Position numbers and translations under genes: made by a program. Under the pieces are notes generated by a model. It saw nothing but the letters and a program-made list of their open reading frames with translations. It ran no database searches and was not told the origin of the DNA. From Patescibacteria group bacterium (GTDB lineage Bacteria; Patescibacteriota; Minisyncoccia; Phycocordibacterales; UBA5272): DNA of 54,442 nt. The DNA is taken from the NCBI GenBank assembly GCA_030916895.1, contig JAUPVR010000003.1, positions 1-54,442 on the forward strand. The letters run 5' to 3'. Position 1 is the first letter of the stretch. Every line of letters starts with the position of its first letter. Of the stretch, positions 29,153 through 39,733 are shown piece by piece.

Positions 29153-29560
29153 CTAACTCCCTTCCACTTTTGCCGTATTCGCTTGTTTATTGTATTTTGC
29201 TTCCTCCAAAAGATACTGAACTTTGTCTACCAATTGTTTTCCAGAATAATTTACCTTAAGAATAATGCCAATTGCCCCTAGGTCCATAATCTTAGTTGTT
29301 ACTTCGTTGTCGGATATGTTAGAGCAAACGATAACAGGGACATCCAATTGATTTTTTTTGAGTTCTTTCAAAAATTCAAAACCATCCATTTTAGGGAGCA
29401 TAAGATCAAGCAGAATAACATCAGGCATTGTTTCTCCAACATGAGCAAGGCCGTCTAACCCATTATCTTCAAGAATCACTTCATACCCATTTTTTTCAAA
29501 ACTGTGTTTGTAGATTTCTTGTATATCTTTGTTGTCCTCAACAATCATTATTTTTGCCAT
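29153..29560 (-). CDS. Single-domain response regulator (receiver only)
   Basis: IMIVEDN, phospho-acceptor DVILLDLMLPKMDG, and a conserved Lys in ILKVN. Confidence 0.92.
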   Translation of the reverse strand: MAKIMIVEDNKDIQEIYKHSFEKNGYEVILEDNGLDGLAHVGETMPDVILLDLMLPKMDGFEFLKELKKNQLDVPVIVCSNISDNEVTTKIMDLGAIGIILKVNYSGKQLVDKVQYLLEEAKYNKQANTAKVEGS

Positions 29561-29571
29561 ACGATTAGATG

Positions 29572-31149
29572 TTATGCTTCTGCTAATTCAATGTAAAACT
29601 GTGAGCCTTTACCCTTACCTTCAGATTCTACCCAGATTCGGCCCTTGTGAGCGTCAATAAATATTTTAGCAAGGTAGAGGCCAAGACCGGTTCCTAGAAT
29701 GTTTACTTTTTGTACATCAGCTCGAGAAAATTCCTTAAACAAGATTTTTTTCGTATCGTCTTCTATACCTACCCCGGTGTCGGTAACACGAATGAGCACC
29801 TTTCCATGTTCATGGGTAACAGAAACATCAACAGACCCTTGAGGACTATACTTAATAGCGTTATCGATAAGATTAGTGATAACCTCTCGTAACTTACCTT
29901 GGTCTGCGTTAACAAATATCTTTTCTTTTGTAGGCAATACTTTCGTTAGCGACAAACCTTTTTGTTCTGCGTGAACCCTAAATGATGTGAGCAGTTCGTT
30001 AATGAGGGGAACAACATCGACTCTTGCAAAAACGTATTGGAGTTGTCCTAGTTCAATTTTTGATTTATTCAAATACTGTGAAAGAAGTGAAATAACTTCG
30101 TTGCCAGAAATCAGAATCTTCTGAAGCAAATCAATAACTGGCGGGTTAATTTGACCCTTGTCGCCATCAAGTAAAATGGAGGCGTACCCACGCATAATAG
30201 TAATTGGTGTACGAATCTCATGGGTTGCAAATGTCATCAGTTCTGACTTTTGTTCATTGGCCAGTTCTATTTCAAACGTATTTCGTACAAGCTGAATACC
30301 AAGGACAAGGGTAAGTATGAAGATTACAATACGAAGTAAGAGTTGCTCAATATTATCAGAAATGGTGAGCTCAACGAGTGAAAACACGCACAAGAAGAAT
30401 ATAAAAATACCAGCGAAAAGATTCTTTACGTGGAATAATTCAACGATGTAAATTGCATACACAGTAAAGACGATGACAGGGAAAATGAAGAGCGCACCAA
30501 AAGGTACGAAATTATAGTTATTAAACCCAATAGGGAGAATGAAGCTAAACAAAAGAAGAAGGCCCGCGGTAAGTGACATACCCGTAAACATGAGCATGAT
30601 TTGTCTTCGCTGGTCTCCTTTCGCCGCCTCTATTTTGTTGTAGAGGGAAGTGATTCCAGAAACCAAGAAACTAAAGGTTACAATACCTCCTAAAATAATT
30701 CCATCACTTCGTTCTGGGTTCGTAAGTTGTGGCAATGAGACGAAGTCATTTATTTTTGTAAAAACAAAAGGGATGAGGAGTAATGCGGAAGAGAAAAACG
30801 CAAACGGTAGGAGCCCGTAGGTGTGCCATAGGGGTAACTCTTTTTTCTCACTAGGAAAAACATAGGCAAGTTGGAAAAACGCATACGAATGCCATATGGT
30901 AAGGAAGATGTGGATACGAAGCGCAAGAATGGCAAGTTCCGGATCTGTAAATTTATATAAAAAATAATTGGATAGCCCCCAAAGAATAGTAAGAAAAGAA
31001 AAGAAGAAGAATGTTCTACTCGTGATACTGTTTTTGCTACGGAAAAATACAATAAACGCTAACACCGCAATTCCTGTAACGGCGACAACAACACCGATAA
31101 GATCGAATCGTATCTTATCAAAAAAATCTAGTATCTCCATAGCTTCCAT
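29572..31149 (-). CDS. Sensor histidine kinase with an N-terminal multi-TM (7TM-type) sensor
   Basis: H-box THEIRTP, NLIDNAIKY, DTGVGI and GTGLGL, with 7-8 TM helices. Start set at 31149 because TATACT lies 7 nt upstream. Confidence 0.92.
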   Translation of the reverse strand: MEAMEILDFFDKIRFDLIGVVVAVTGIAVLAFIVFFRSKNSITSRTFFFFSFLTILWGLSNYFLYKFTDPELAILALRIHIFLTIWHSYAFFQLAYVFPSEKKELPLWHTYGLLPFAFFSSALLLIPFVFTKINDFVSLPQLTNPERSDGIILGGIVTFSFLVSGITSLYNKIEAAKGDQRRQIMLMFTGMSLTAGLLLLFSFILPIGFNNYNFVPFGALFIFPVIVFTVYAIYIVELFHVKNLFAGIFIFFLCVFSLVELTISDNIEQLLLRIVIFILTLVLGIQLVRNTFEIELANEQKSELMTFATHEIRTPITIMRGYASILLDGDKGQINPPVIDLLQKILISGNEVISLLSQYLNKSKIELGQLQYVFARVDVVPLINELLTSFRVHAEQKGLSLTKVLPTKEKIFVNADQGKLREVITNLIDNAIKYSPQGSVDVSVTHEHGKVLIRVTDTGVGIEDDTKKILFKEFSRADVQKVNILGTGLGLYLAKIFIDAHKGRIWVESEGKGKGSQFYIELAEA

Positions 31150-31306
31150 AGCGTGTAGTATACAGTGTGTCGTAATAAATACAGCATACGCTATACACAA
31201 AAATAGCGAGGAAGAGCAGGGTGTAAACTCGCGTTTTACCCCACACAAGCGGTAGTTTTTTGAGACAAAATAGTGTACACTGAAGCCACTGCAACGTTGT
31301 ATTTAT

Positions 31307-31678
31307 ATGAAAGAAGGGACAAAAAAGAAAATATTGATACTTGAAGACGAAAAGCCACTTGCTCACGCTCTTCTACTTAAACTAACACATGAAGGATTTG
31401 AAGTTACCACGGCTGATAATGGTGAAGTCGGTATTTCTCTCTTGGAAAAAGAAAAGTTTGACCTTGTGATAACTGATTTAATTATTCCAGGAATTGATGG
31501 TTTTGGAATACTAGAAACAATACAAACAAAAAAATTACATGTCCCAGTTATTGTAATGACCAATCTTAATCAAGAGGAAGATAAGAAACGAGCTCACGAC
31601 TTGGGTGCGATAGATTTTTTCGTAAAGTCTAACAGTACACTTTCGGAAATCGTAGAAGGGGTGAAGAAAAAAATCTAG
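31307..31678 (+). CDS. Single-domain response regulator (receiver only)
   Basis: ILILEDE, DLVITDLIIPGIDG and FVKSN. Confidence 0.92.
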   Translation: MKEGTKKKILILEDEKPLAHALLLKLTHEGFEVTTADNGEVGISLLEKEKFDLVITDLIIPGIDGFGILETIQTKKLHVPVIVMTNLNQEEDKKRAHDLGAIDFFVKSNSTLSEIVEGVKKKI

Positions 31679-31733
31679 TAACCAAGCGTAGGCTTTATAT
31701 AGCGTCAAAGAAAACGTACCTTTTTTGTATTAA

Positions 31734-32765
31734 CTATGGTTGAGTTCCCGTTGCAGAGAGCAAGTTTCTGCACGCCTCTTCTTCTTGTTCGGCATTGTTT
31801 GATAGTGAAAGGGGGATTACATATTTTCTCATCCCTTCTGTTTGTAGTTTTGTTACATCAATATAAAATGTTTTTTCTGGTTCACTCCAGGCACTATCAC
31901 AAAGAGTATTTGTTCCTATGGTGTGATATTTGAGAACAAGTTTTTCTTTATCTGTTGCTAAGAGAAATATTTCACTATTACATGCTCGAGGGTCATCTTT
32001 TGTAAGGGTTGAGCTATTTTCTTCATAGATAAGCGTGGTTGTGTTGGCTATGGTATCTAAGATAAAAATTTTATTTGAGAATTGGCATTGCTCCATATCT
32101 CCAAAAGAGTTTGTTGAAAGATAAAATTTTCCGGGGAGATTCTCAACAGGAATGGCTCCCACAACAGGAGGCACGACTCCTACTGCCGTTACACTTACTA
32201 CAGTATTGGTCCAATCACTACCTCCTGAAGCACTGCCGTATACCTCAGGAGGAATATTGTAAATTACTTTATTATCAGCAGTGACGATGTTACCATCAAC
32301 AACGATATATTTTTGTCCTGCAAAATCCTGAGGGGGAAGTTGTGTGTAAGGGGTTTCCGTGTTTACTGCGTTTGGTACGTATGATGTTGGGGTGATGGTG
32401 CTTTCATTTGTGTCGCCACGTTCTTGTACGAAGAGAGAAGAAATGGTGTATGTCATAGTACTGATAACATCAGCTATTTTTTGTGTAACAGAGGCTTGTG
32501 TTTGGGGTGGTTTTGATGTGACAGGCAATTCTTTTTTCGGTGTCGGTTCTGTTGTTGTCCCTATTACTAAAACAGGTTCTACTTCTCCAGAGGTTGTTCC
32601 TGTTACCATTATTGTTTCTTGAGGGGTGATTATTTGTTCTTCTTGAGCAATGGATGGTGATATGTTTTTTGTTGTAGAAAGAGACCGCTTTATGTATAGT
32701 GCGGAAAAAGTGATTGCAGATACAACAATCGCAATGAGGAAATAAAGGACAAAACGTTTATTCAT
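31734..32765 (-). CDS. Hypothetical membrane-anchored extracellular protein with a Thr/Pro-rich linker
   Basis: Long ORF with an N-terminal TM helix, a T/P-rich stalk and a Cys-containing C-terminal domain. Start at 32765 is supported by TGATACACT 7 nt upstream. Confidence 0.7.
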   Translation of the reverse strand: MNKRFVLYFLIAIVVSAITFSALYIKRSLSTTKNISPSIAQEEQIITPQETIMVTGTTSGEVEPVLVIGTTTEPTPKKELPVTSKPPQTQASVTQKIADVISTMTYTISSLFVQERGDTNESTITPTSYVPNAVNTETPYTQLPPQDFAGQKYIVVDGNIVTADNKVIYNIPPEVYGSASGGSDWTNTVVSVTAVGVVPPVVGAIPVENLPGKFYLSTNSFGDMEQCQFSNKIFILDTIANTTTLIYEENSSTLTKDDPRACNSEIFLLATDKEKLVLKYHTIGTNTLCDSAWSEPEKTFYIDVTKLQTEGMRKYVIPLSLSNNAEQEEEACRNLLSATGTQP

Positions 32766-32918
32766 AGAGTATAGTGTATCAGGTTTTGATATGTTGTCTG
32801 TGGGGTAGGATGTGAGGTGTGTACAGAAAAAACACATACGTTCATGTATTCTTTCTTGTACACCTTATTCACATATACAACAACAAAATATAACAAGAGT
32901 CGATGGTATACTTTCTCT

Positions 32919-34646
32919 ATGAAGATCCCTGAGAATATTAAAGATATTCTTGTTGCTGGTAGTTATATTAGCGATGAAGATGTAAAGAGGGCAGATGCAC
33001 TTGTGAAGGCTGGTGGTGTCTCTTTTGTGGATGCGCTTTTACGTGACGGCGTGGTGAGTAATGACATTATAGGGCAAGCACTTGCTGAATCATACAAGGT
33101 ACCGTACGCTGACTTAAACTCTGCAGCAATTACCGCAGAGCAGGTACGGAAAATTCCTGAGGAGCAAGCAAAAAACTTGCGAGTGGTTCTTTTTATGGAC
33201 GGAGAAAAAGAGGTCACGGTAACAACTGATGACCCAACCAAGAAAGACATTGAAAGCGAGCTTAAGAAAATCTTTTCAGGTAAAAAGATAAAAATTACAT
33301 ACTCTCTTACGGAAGACATAGATAGTATGTTTGTGCATTACGAGAAACCTCTCGACACCCGTTTTCAGAAAATTATTGAAGAAGGCGGTGGTCGGGTTGC
33401 TCCTGAAATTTTGGAGGAAATTTTTGACGACGCGATTACGTACAAGGCATCAGATATACATTTTGAACCACAAGCAACAATAGTAATTATTCGCTTCCGT
33501 GTTGACGGCGTACTTCACGAAGCGGGACGCTTGCTTAAAGAGTATTACGAAAATGTATTAAATCGAATTAAGGTAAAGAGCGCACTTCGTATCGATGAGC
33601 ACTATGCTGCACAAGATGGATCACTTCACTATGAACACAACGGCATAGCTGTTGATATGCGTACCTCCATTATTCCTATTGTGGAAGGGGAGAAAGTCGT
33701 ACTTCGTGTTTTGGGTTCCTATGTACAAGGACTCACCTTTAATGATCTTGGTCTTAATCAAAAGAATCAGGAACTTCTTCGTGAGGCGGCAGATAAGCCT
33801 TTCGGAATGATACTTGTGGTTGGACCAACAGGTTCTGGTAAGACAACAACACTCTATTCGTTGCTTAAAATGTTGAATACTCCAGATACAAACATCACTA
33901 CCATTGAAGATCCGGTTGAGTACAAGGTTCAAGGACTTAATCAAATACAAGTAACCCAAGCAACAGGGCTTACCTTTGCTCGAGGTCTTCGTGCAATTGT
34001 ACGCCAAGATCCAGATATTATCCTCGTGGGAGAAATTCGCGACCTAGAAACTGCCGAGATTTCGGTAAACGCCGCTCTTACTGGGCACATGCTTCTCTCT
34101 ACATTCCACGCAAACGACGCAGCAACAGCGGTACCACGTCTTCTTGATATGGGTATCGAGCCGTTCCTTCTTTCTTCGACAATGAACCTTATCATCGCGC
34201 AGCGTCTTGTGCGTAAGATTTGTGAGCATTGTAAACACAGTATTATTAAAACTCCTGCAGATTTTAACACCCCACAACTACAAGACGTCGCCAAGTATTT
34301 TAAAGATAACATGACTCTCTATGAGGGTAAAAAGTGTGAGGCGTGTGGTTTCACCGGATATAAAGGGCGAACATCAATTTATGAACTTATAAAAATTACA
34401 CCAAACTTACAAGAGCTTCTTGTAAAAAGACCATCAGCTCAACAGATATGGACGCTTGCTCGCAAGGAGGGTGGACGATCAGTTTTTGAAGATGGGGTTG
34501 ATAAAGTGAAGAATGGTCTTACTACTATCGAAGAACTTATTCGTGTGGCACCACCACCAGATTTGTTGTTACAAGAAAACGAGCCTATTGTATCTGAAAA
34601 GAAAGTGATAAAGAGTAAAGAGTCTTCTAAACAAAAAAAGACTTAA
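32919..34646 (+). CDS. pilB: Type IV pilus assembly ATPase (PilB/GspE)
   Basis: ASDIHFEP, Walker A GPTGSGKTTTLY, TIEDPVEY, RQDPDIILVGEIRD, TGHMLLSTFHAN and Zn motifs C..C...C..C. Confidence 0.95.
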   Translation: MKIPENIKDILVAGSYISDEDVKRADALVKAGGVSFVDALLRDGVVSNDIIGQALAESYKVPYADLNSAAITAEQVRKIPEEQAKNLRVVLFMDGEKEVTVTTDDPTKKDIESELKKIFSGKKIKITYSLTEDIDSMFVHYEKPLDTRFQKIIEEGGGRVAPEILEEIFDDAITYKASDIHFEPQATIVIIRFRVDGVLHEAGRLLKEYYENVLNRIKVKSALRIDEHYAAQDGSLHYEHNGIAVDMRTSIIPIVEGEKVVLRVLGSYVQGLTFNDLGLNQKNQELLREAADKPFGMILVVGPTGSGKTTTLYSLLKMLNTPDTNITTIEDPVEYKVQGLNQIQVTQATGLTFARGLRAIVRQDPDIILVGEIRDLETAEISVNAALTGHMLLSTFHANDAATAVPRLLDMGIEPFLLSSTMNLIIAQRLVRKICEHCKHSIIKTPADFNTPQLQDVAKYFKDNMTLYEGKKCEACGFTGYKGRTSIYELIKITPNLQELLVKRPSAQQIWTLARKEGGRSVFEDGVDKVKNGLTTIEELIRVAPPPDLLLQENEPIVSEKKVIKSKESSKQKKT

Positions 34647-34649
34647 TGT

Positions 34650-35936
34650 ATGGCAGTAAAAAAAACAGCAAAGAAGCCTGCATCCAAAAGTGAAGAGGTT
34701 AAAGATAAGAGCATTCAACCAACACTGAAGAAACCTAGCACCGATGATAAGAAAGTAAATGATCAGAAAGGGACGGCTGTCACAAAAACAAGACAGGTTG
34801 AGTCTGACGCTCCTTCCGCACCAGTAACGGCAACTCCTCGCGTTGTTAAAGTGAGTGAGAAAAAACTTGGTTTTTTCGATACCTTCGGCCTCACAAAAGA
34901 ACGCGACCAGTTTATTGAAAATTTAAGCATGTTGGTTCTTTCGGGTATGCCTATTGTGAGTGCACTTTCGGCTATCACACGAGACACAAAAAATGCTCAG
35001 ATGAAGAAAATTCTGGAAGGAATTTTGCTTGAACTAGAAGGTGGTTCGCCTCTGTGGAGATCATTTGATAGAACGGGGCTTTTCAAGGGGTACACTATTT
35101 CGCTTCTTCGTATTGGAGAAGAGTCGGGTAAATTTGCCGAGAATTTAAAGGTGGTTTCTCTTGAGCAGGAAAAAGAAAGGAACCTTCATTCAAAAGTTAA
35201 GTCAGCCCTCATGTACCCAGTCTTCGTGCTCGTGCTTGTTATTGTTATCGGGCTTGGTATTTCATGGTTTATTTTGCCTAAACTCGCAAAGATTTTTGAT
35301 GATTTAAAGCTCGATCTTCCTTTTGTTACCAAAGTACTTATTGGTTTTGGTCTCTTTTTACAAAAAAATGGACTCTGGTTTGTACCGTTAGGACTTTTTC
35401 TAGGTTTTTTAATTATATACGTTATATTTATTAACCAAAAAACAAAATTTTTAGGAGAAGCGTTCCTATATTCTATCCCTGGAATAAAAACATTATTAAT
35501 GGAAGTTGAAGTGGCGCGTTTTGGGTATTTGCTGGGGACTCTCCTTGAAGCTGGTCTTCCTATTATAAAAGCAATAGATTCTCTGATTGGGGCATCTGAT
35601 TCTTTTCGATACAAAAAATTCTATACACATCTAAAAGATTCAATAGAAATGGGTAATTCTTTTCAGAAATCATTTGCGTCATATTCAAAAACAGAGAAAA
35701 TTGTCCCGCAACCTATACAACAACTTATTTTTTCTGGTGAACAATCTGGTAATTTGACAAAGACGCTTATAAAAATAGGGCAAGTACTTGAGGAAAAATC
35801 GGACACCACAACAAAAAATCTTACCATTATTATGGAACCAATCCTTCTTGTTATTGTATGGGCGGGTGTGGTTGCGGTTGCGTTTGCTGTCATTTTGCCA
35901 ATTTACAGTCTTGTTGGTGGTATGAACGCAATATAG
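34650..35936 (+). CDS. pilC: Type IV pilus platform protein (PilC/GspF)
   Basis: Two GspF repeats (GEESGK and GEQSGNL), KVKSALMYP and MEPILL. Confidence 0.92.
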   Translation: MAVKKTAKKPASKSEEVKDKSIQPTLKKPSTDDKKVNDQKGTAVTKTRQVESDAPSAPVTATPRVVKVSEKKLGFFDTFGLTKERDQFIENLSMLVLSGMPIVSALSAITRDTKNAQMKKILEGILLELEGGSPLWRSFDRTGLFKGYTISLLRIGEESGKFAENLKVVSLEQEKERNLHSKVKSALMYPVFVLVLVIVIGLGISWFILPKLAKIFDDLKLDLPFVTKVLIGFGLFLQKNGLWFVPLGLFLGFLIIYVIFINQKTKFLGEAFLYSIPGIKTLLMEVEVARFGYLLGTLLEAGLPIIKAIDSLIGASDSFRYKKFYTHLKDSIEMGNSFQKSFASYSKTEKIVPQPIQQLIFSGEQSGNLTKTLIKIGQVLEEKSDTTTKNLTIIMEPILLVIVWAGVVAVAFAVILPIYSLVGGMNAI

Positions 35937-35937
35937 T

Positions 35938-36387
35938 ATGAATATATCTTCATATTTTTGTAAGGGGTTTGCAATGGTGGAAATAGCTTTATCAATATCA
36001 ATTCTTACTATTATTTTTGCTATGACCATCCCGAACTATCTTTCTTTTATGACTCGTAATGATTTAGACATTGCAACAATATCCTTTGTTCAGTCTACAC
36101 GAAGGGCTTCTGTGTTATCTCAAACAGGAAGTGTGGACAGTGTATGGGGGGTATATGTGGCAACAGGAAGTATAATTATCTATAAAGGTAATGATTTTGC
36201 AAACAGAGACTCATCGTTTGATGAGGTAACAGACATCTCCCCAACTATTGCTGTTACCGGGCTTACTAATATTATTTTTAGCAAACAAACAGGCTTACCC
36301 CAATCAACAGGAACAACAACACTTGTTTCTGTAGATAACGAATCACGTCATGTCAAAATCAATCAAAAAGGAATGGTTGACTATTAA
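35938..36387 (+). CDS. Minor pilin (FimT/GspH-like)
   Basis: Class III signal KG-FAMVEIA followed by a hydrophobic helix. Confidence 0.8.
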   Translation: MNISSYFCKGFAMVEIALSISILTIIFAMTIPNYLSFMTRNDLDIATISFVQSTRRASVLSQTGSVDSVWGVYVATGSIIIYKGNDFANRDSSFDEVTDISPTIAVTGLTNIIFSKQTGLPQSTGTTTLVSVDNESRHVKINQKGMVDY

Positions 36388-38683
36388 AAAATCAAGAGAG
36401 GGGTTTCTTCTTGTTGAGATACTATTGTCAACATCTCTTTTTGTGTTGTTTTTGACCGCATTTGCTGGAGTATTTTATTACGGGTTACAGGCCTCAGTGC
36501 TTGCTGGTAAACGATCTCAGGCAACCATGGTAGCAGAAGAGGGGCAAGAAGCTGTGCGTAGCATGAAGAATAGTAATTTTTCTTCTCTTATACCAGGGAC
36601 TCACGGGCTTACCTATTCTGGTGATGCTTGGAGTTTTTTGGGATCATCAGATACAGATAATGGTTTCACAAGACAAGTTACGGTGACAGACGTAGATAGC
36701 AATAGAAAAGATGTTACCGTTACGGTGACATGGCCTCAAACTGAGACTAGGACAGGTTCCATTTCTTTTTCTGGTCGTGTAACTAATTGGAAAACAGTGC
36801 TTAATCTTGGAGAGGGGTTAATGGTGAATGCTGTTGTTACTAATCACGGACTATCAAAAACGGTTTCTGATTTTGCTCCATATAAAGTAGGAACAACAAC
36901 AGTACAACTTGGCACATCAACAAAGTTTAGTGCAGGTACATACACGGTTACAGGCGGGTTAGATAGTAACTATACATTAACATTTAGTAATGATTGTAAT
37001 AGCGCTGGTCAGGTAACGCTTACATCGTCGTCTTCAAAATTATGCACATTGAACTATGAAGAAAAGTTGGCGTATGTAAAACTAGATGGTGTCGTTATTA
37101 ATCATGGGGGCGATAAGGTGATAGAAGATTTTGCCCCATTTATGGTTGGTGGAGCAACTGTTATTATGGGGGCGACAACGAGCGTTCCGTCAGGCACTCA
37201 TTTTATAACGGAAGCATCAAGTACGGAGTACATGCTTAGTTTTAGCGGGCAGTGTTTTACTGATGGCAGGGTGGTTGTCGGATCAGGTGAAAGTAAAACA
37301 TGCACATTAACAAATGAAGAGGTTATTACAGAGGGGGGTGGTGGAGGAAGCCCTTCTCTTTCAGGGCTTATGATTTATGGTGATGGAACAAACATTCCTA
37401 AATACAGAACATACAATGTAACGACGGATGCTTTTAGTGCGGAAACAAATACGTTCGTTGCAACCGTTGGCCCAACATGGATTATTAAAACTGCACCAAA
37501 CGCACACTACGCTCTTGCTGGTTACTATGATTCTACCGGTTCACTTACTGTTATGTGTTTTGATGGAACAACATGGACACAAGAATTTGTTGCACAGTCA
37601 GGTGGTGTGGGTAATCGTCACCGTAACGACATTATTTTTGAGAAAACTTCCGGTGATGCTCTTGTTGTTTACAGTAAAGGAGGAACATCGGGCGATAGTA
37701 CACGATGGGGGAAAATGGGGTACCGCACAAAGCCGGGGAACGTTGGGTGTGGGGCATCTAATTGGTCAAGCGAATCAACACTTACACCACTTAGGACGAC
37801 AAGCGATATTATGTATGTGAAAATGGTAAATGATAGACGCGTAGGTTCTGATCTTATTGCTCTTACATGGGTTGATACAAACGATGACATCTCTGCAAAA
37901 ATATGGAATGGAAGTAGTTGGGTAAATGAGCCATCGGCTGTTAGCGATACGAACGTTGAAAGAATTTCTTCGTCTCATGATATAGAAAATATGGATCTTG
38001 CGTATGAGTCACTTTCTGGTGATCTTATGCTCGTGTGGTCAAATGGCACGGGGAACAATGGCACCAACGGTGTGAGATATAGAACCTGTACTGGAGGCAT
38101 TGCGTCATGTACATGGGGAGCCGTCACTACCCCACCAACATTTTTAGATGATGCAACAACGCTTGATATTACTCCAAACTTAGAAACGGATGAAATAGTT
38201 TTTGCTTCTATTGGAAATGCCGGAGGAGATCTTCAGCTTGGATACTGGAATGGATCTTCGTGGACAAATACTGCAAATGCAGACACGTCGTCCGGTGTTC
38301 CTTATACAGGATCAAAACTTGTAACGACTGGATGGCTCACCAATGGTTCAACAACACGATCTATTGTTGTGTATGCTGATCTTAATTCTCCAAACATTAA
38401 CTGGTATACGGGAAATGGAGGAGTCTTTACTCGTCAAACCGACTTTGCTCCAACACCATCTATTGGGATTACTCGTGGTTATATGGACATACACATGGAT
38501 CCTATCGATAAAAGTCAGCTTATGTTTTTGACGTCAGATAATGCAAAAGATTTATTTGCGAAACGTCTTACTATGACAAGTTCTTCAACATTTGTTTGGA
38601 CAAATTCTGATGGAGGAGCTCTTGAAATAGAGTTGCCTCAAGTAATATCTTCTCCGTTTTCATTTTCATTCTGGCAACAATAA
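36350..38683 (+). CDS. Large minor pilin with two Ig/prealbumin-like repeats and a C-terminal adhesin-like domain
   Basis: Class III signal EG-FLLVEIL, an ~86-aa tandem repeat and a Trp/Gly/Ser/Thr-rich C-terminal region. An alternative TTG start lies at 36377. Confidence 0.8.
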   Translation: MSKSIKKEWLTIKKSREGFLLVEILLSTSLFVLFLTAFAGVFYYGLQASVLAGKRSQATMVAEEGQEAVRSMKNSNFSSLIPGTHGLTYSGDAWSFLGSSDTDNGFTRQVTVTDVDSNRKDVTVTVTWPQTETRTGSISFSGRVTNWKTVLNLGEGLMVNAVVTNHGLSKTVSDFAPYKVGTTTVQLGTSTKFSAGTYTVTGGLDSNYTLTFSNDCNSAGQVTLTSSSSKLCTLNYEEKLAYVKLDGVVINHGGDKVIEDFAPFMVGGATVIMGATTSVPSGTHFITEASSTEYMLSFSGQCFTDGRVVVGSGESKTCTLTNEEVITEGGGGGSPSLSGLMIYGDGTNIPKYRTYNVTTDAFSAETNTFVATVGPTWIIKTAPNAHYALAGYYDSTGSLTVMCFDGTTWTQEFVAQSGGVGNRHRNDIIFEKTSGDALVVYSKGGTSGDSTRWGKMGYRTKPGNVGCGASNWSSESTLTPLRTTSDIMYVKMVNDRRVGSDLIALTWVDTNDDISAKIWNGSSWVNEPSAVSDTNVERISSSHDIENMDLAYESLSGDLMLVWSNGTGNNGTNGVRYRTCTGGIASCTWGAVTTPPTFLDDATTLDITPNLETDEIVFASIGNAGGDLQLGYWNGSSWTNTANADTSSGVPYTGSKLVTTGWLTNGSTTRSIVVYADLNSPNINWYTGNGGVFTRQTDFAPTPSIGITRGYMDIHMDPIDKSQLMFLTSDNAKDLFAKRLTMTSSSTFVWTNSDGGALEIELPQVISSPFSFSFWQQ

Positions 38684-38684
38684 C

Positions 38685-39203
38685 ATGACTACCTTTTTTA
38701 CAAAAAATAAAGGGTTCTCACTCGTCGAAACGTTACTTTACGTAACTTTGGTGTCCATTGTTTTATTTTCTGTTGTTTTGTTACTCTCTTTTTTGACAAG
38801 TACACGAGTAAAAAACGCAACAATTTATGATGTGAACTCACAAGGGACATATGTTATGCATGTTATTGTAAATACCGTACGAAATGCAGAATCTATAGAT
38901 TTTCCTACAGCGTCTGCTACAAGTTCGATACTTTCCCTTACTGTTTCTGATGGAATGCTTAGCCCAACCGTATTTGATGTATCGAGTGGTACACTAAGAA
39001 TTAAAGAGGGTGCGTCAAACCCAATCCCCATAACGAACTCACACGTAACGGTGTCCTCACTTGTATTTCAAACAATTGCGCCGACAAGCTCTATTGATAA
39101 AACGGTAAAAGTATCATTCACTATTTCTTATAATAATCCAAACAACAGAAATGAGATGGAATTTAGTCAATCATTTAGCGGTAGTGCAACATTAAGAAAA
39201 TAA
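38685..39203 (+). CDS. Minor pilin (PilW/GspJ-like)
   Basis: Class III signal KG-FSLVETLLYV. Confidence 0.82.
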   Translation: MTTFFTKNKGFSLVETLLYVTLVSIVLFSVVLLLSFLTSTRVKNATIYDVNSQGTYVMHVIVNTVRNAESIDFPTASATSSILSLTVSDGMLSPTVFDVSSGTLRIKEGASNPIPITNSHVTVSSLVFQTIAPTSSIDKTVKVSFTISYNNPNNRNEMEFSQSFSGSATLRK

Positions 39204-39206
39204 CAA

Positions 39207-39623
39207 ATGATAGCACCTTTTGATAAAAAAAATAGTATTCGAAGGGGGTACATAGCACTCCTGTCAGTTATTGTTATTGGAACAATCGGTGTTGCCGTGA
39301 TGATGTCTGTACTTTTATTTGGCATATCATCATCAAAAACAGATTATGCATTACAACAGGGAGGAAGCGCAAAAATAGTCGCGAACTCTTGCGGAGAAGA
39401 GGCCCTTCAGAGGTTGTTAGAAACAGGAAGCACCTCAATGTCAGGGGGGTTGTCAATAGCCTCAGGAACATGTTCCTATGTAGTTTCTTCTCCAAGTGGT
39501 CAAGATGTAGTACTAGAAATAGTGGGGCAATATGGAGAAACAGTAAGTAAAATAAGGGTAATTGTAGCAACAACAACACCATTTATTATCTTATCCTCAT
39601 GGCAAGACGTTGGAGACTTTTAA
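39207..39623 (+). CDS. PilX/GspK-like minor pilin
   Basis: RG-YIALLSVIVI lacks Glu5, as is typical of PilX-like subunits. Confidence 0.72.
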   Translation: MIAPFDKKNSIRRGYIALLSVIVIGTIGVAVMMSVLLFGISSSKTDYALQQGGSAKIVANSCGEEALQRLLETGSTSMSGGLSIASGTCSYVVSSPSGQDVVLEIVGQYGETVSKIRVIVATTTPFIILSSWQDVGDF

Positions 39624-39733
39624 GGGGTTGTTTATTTGGTATACTAATAAGGCAGGATATTTTACCTATCCTCTAGGTAGAATTTCATTTATAAAGTTAC
39701 TTAGTTAAATATATAACATCGAATTACAATTGT

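Noticed and set aside
31272-31281. Palindrome AGTGTACACT upstream of the receiver gene as an operator
   Set aside because: It is only 10 bp and is fully explained by a TACACT -10 box read on both strands.
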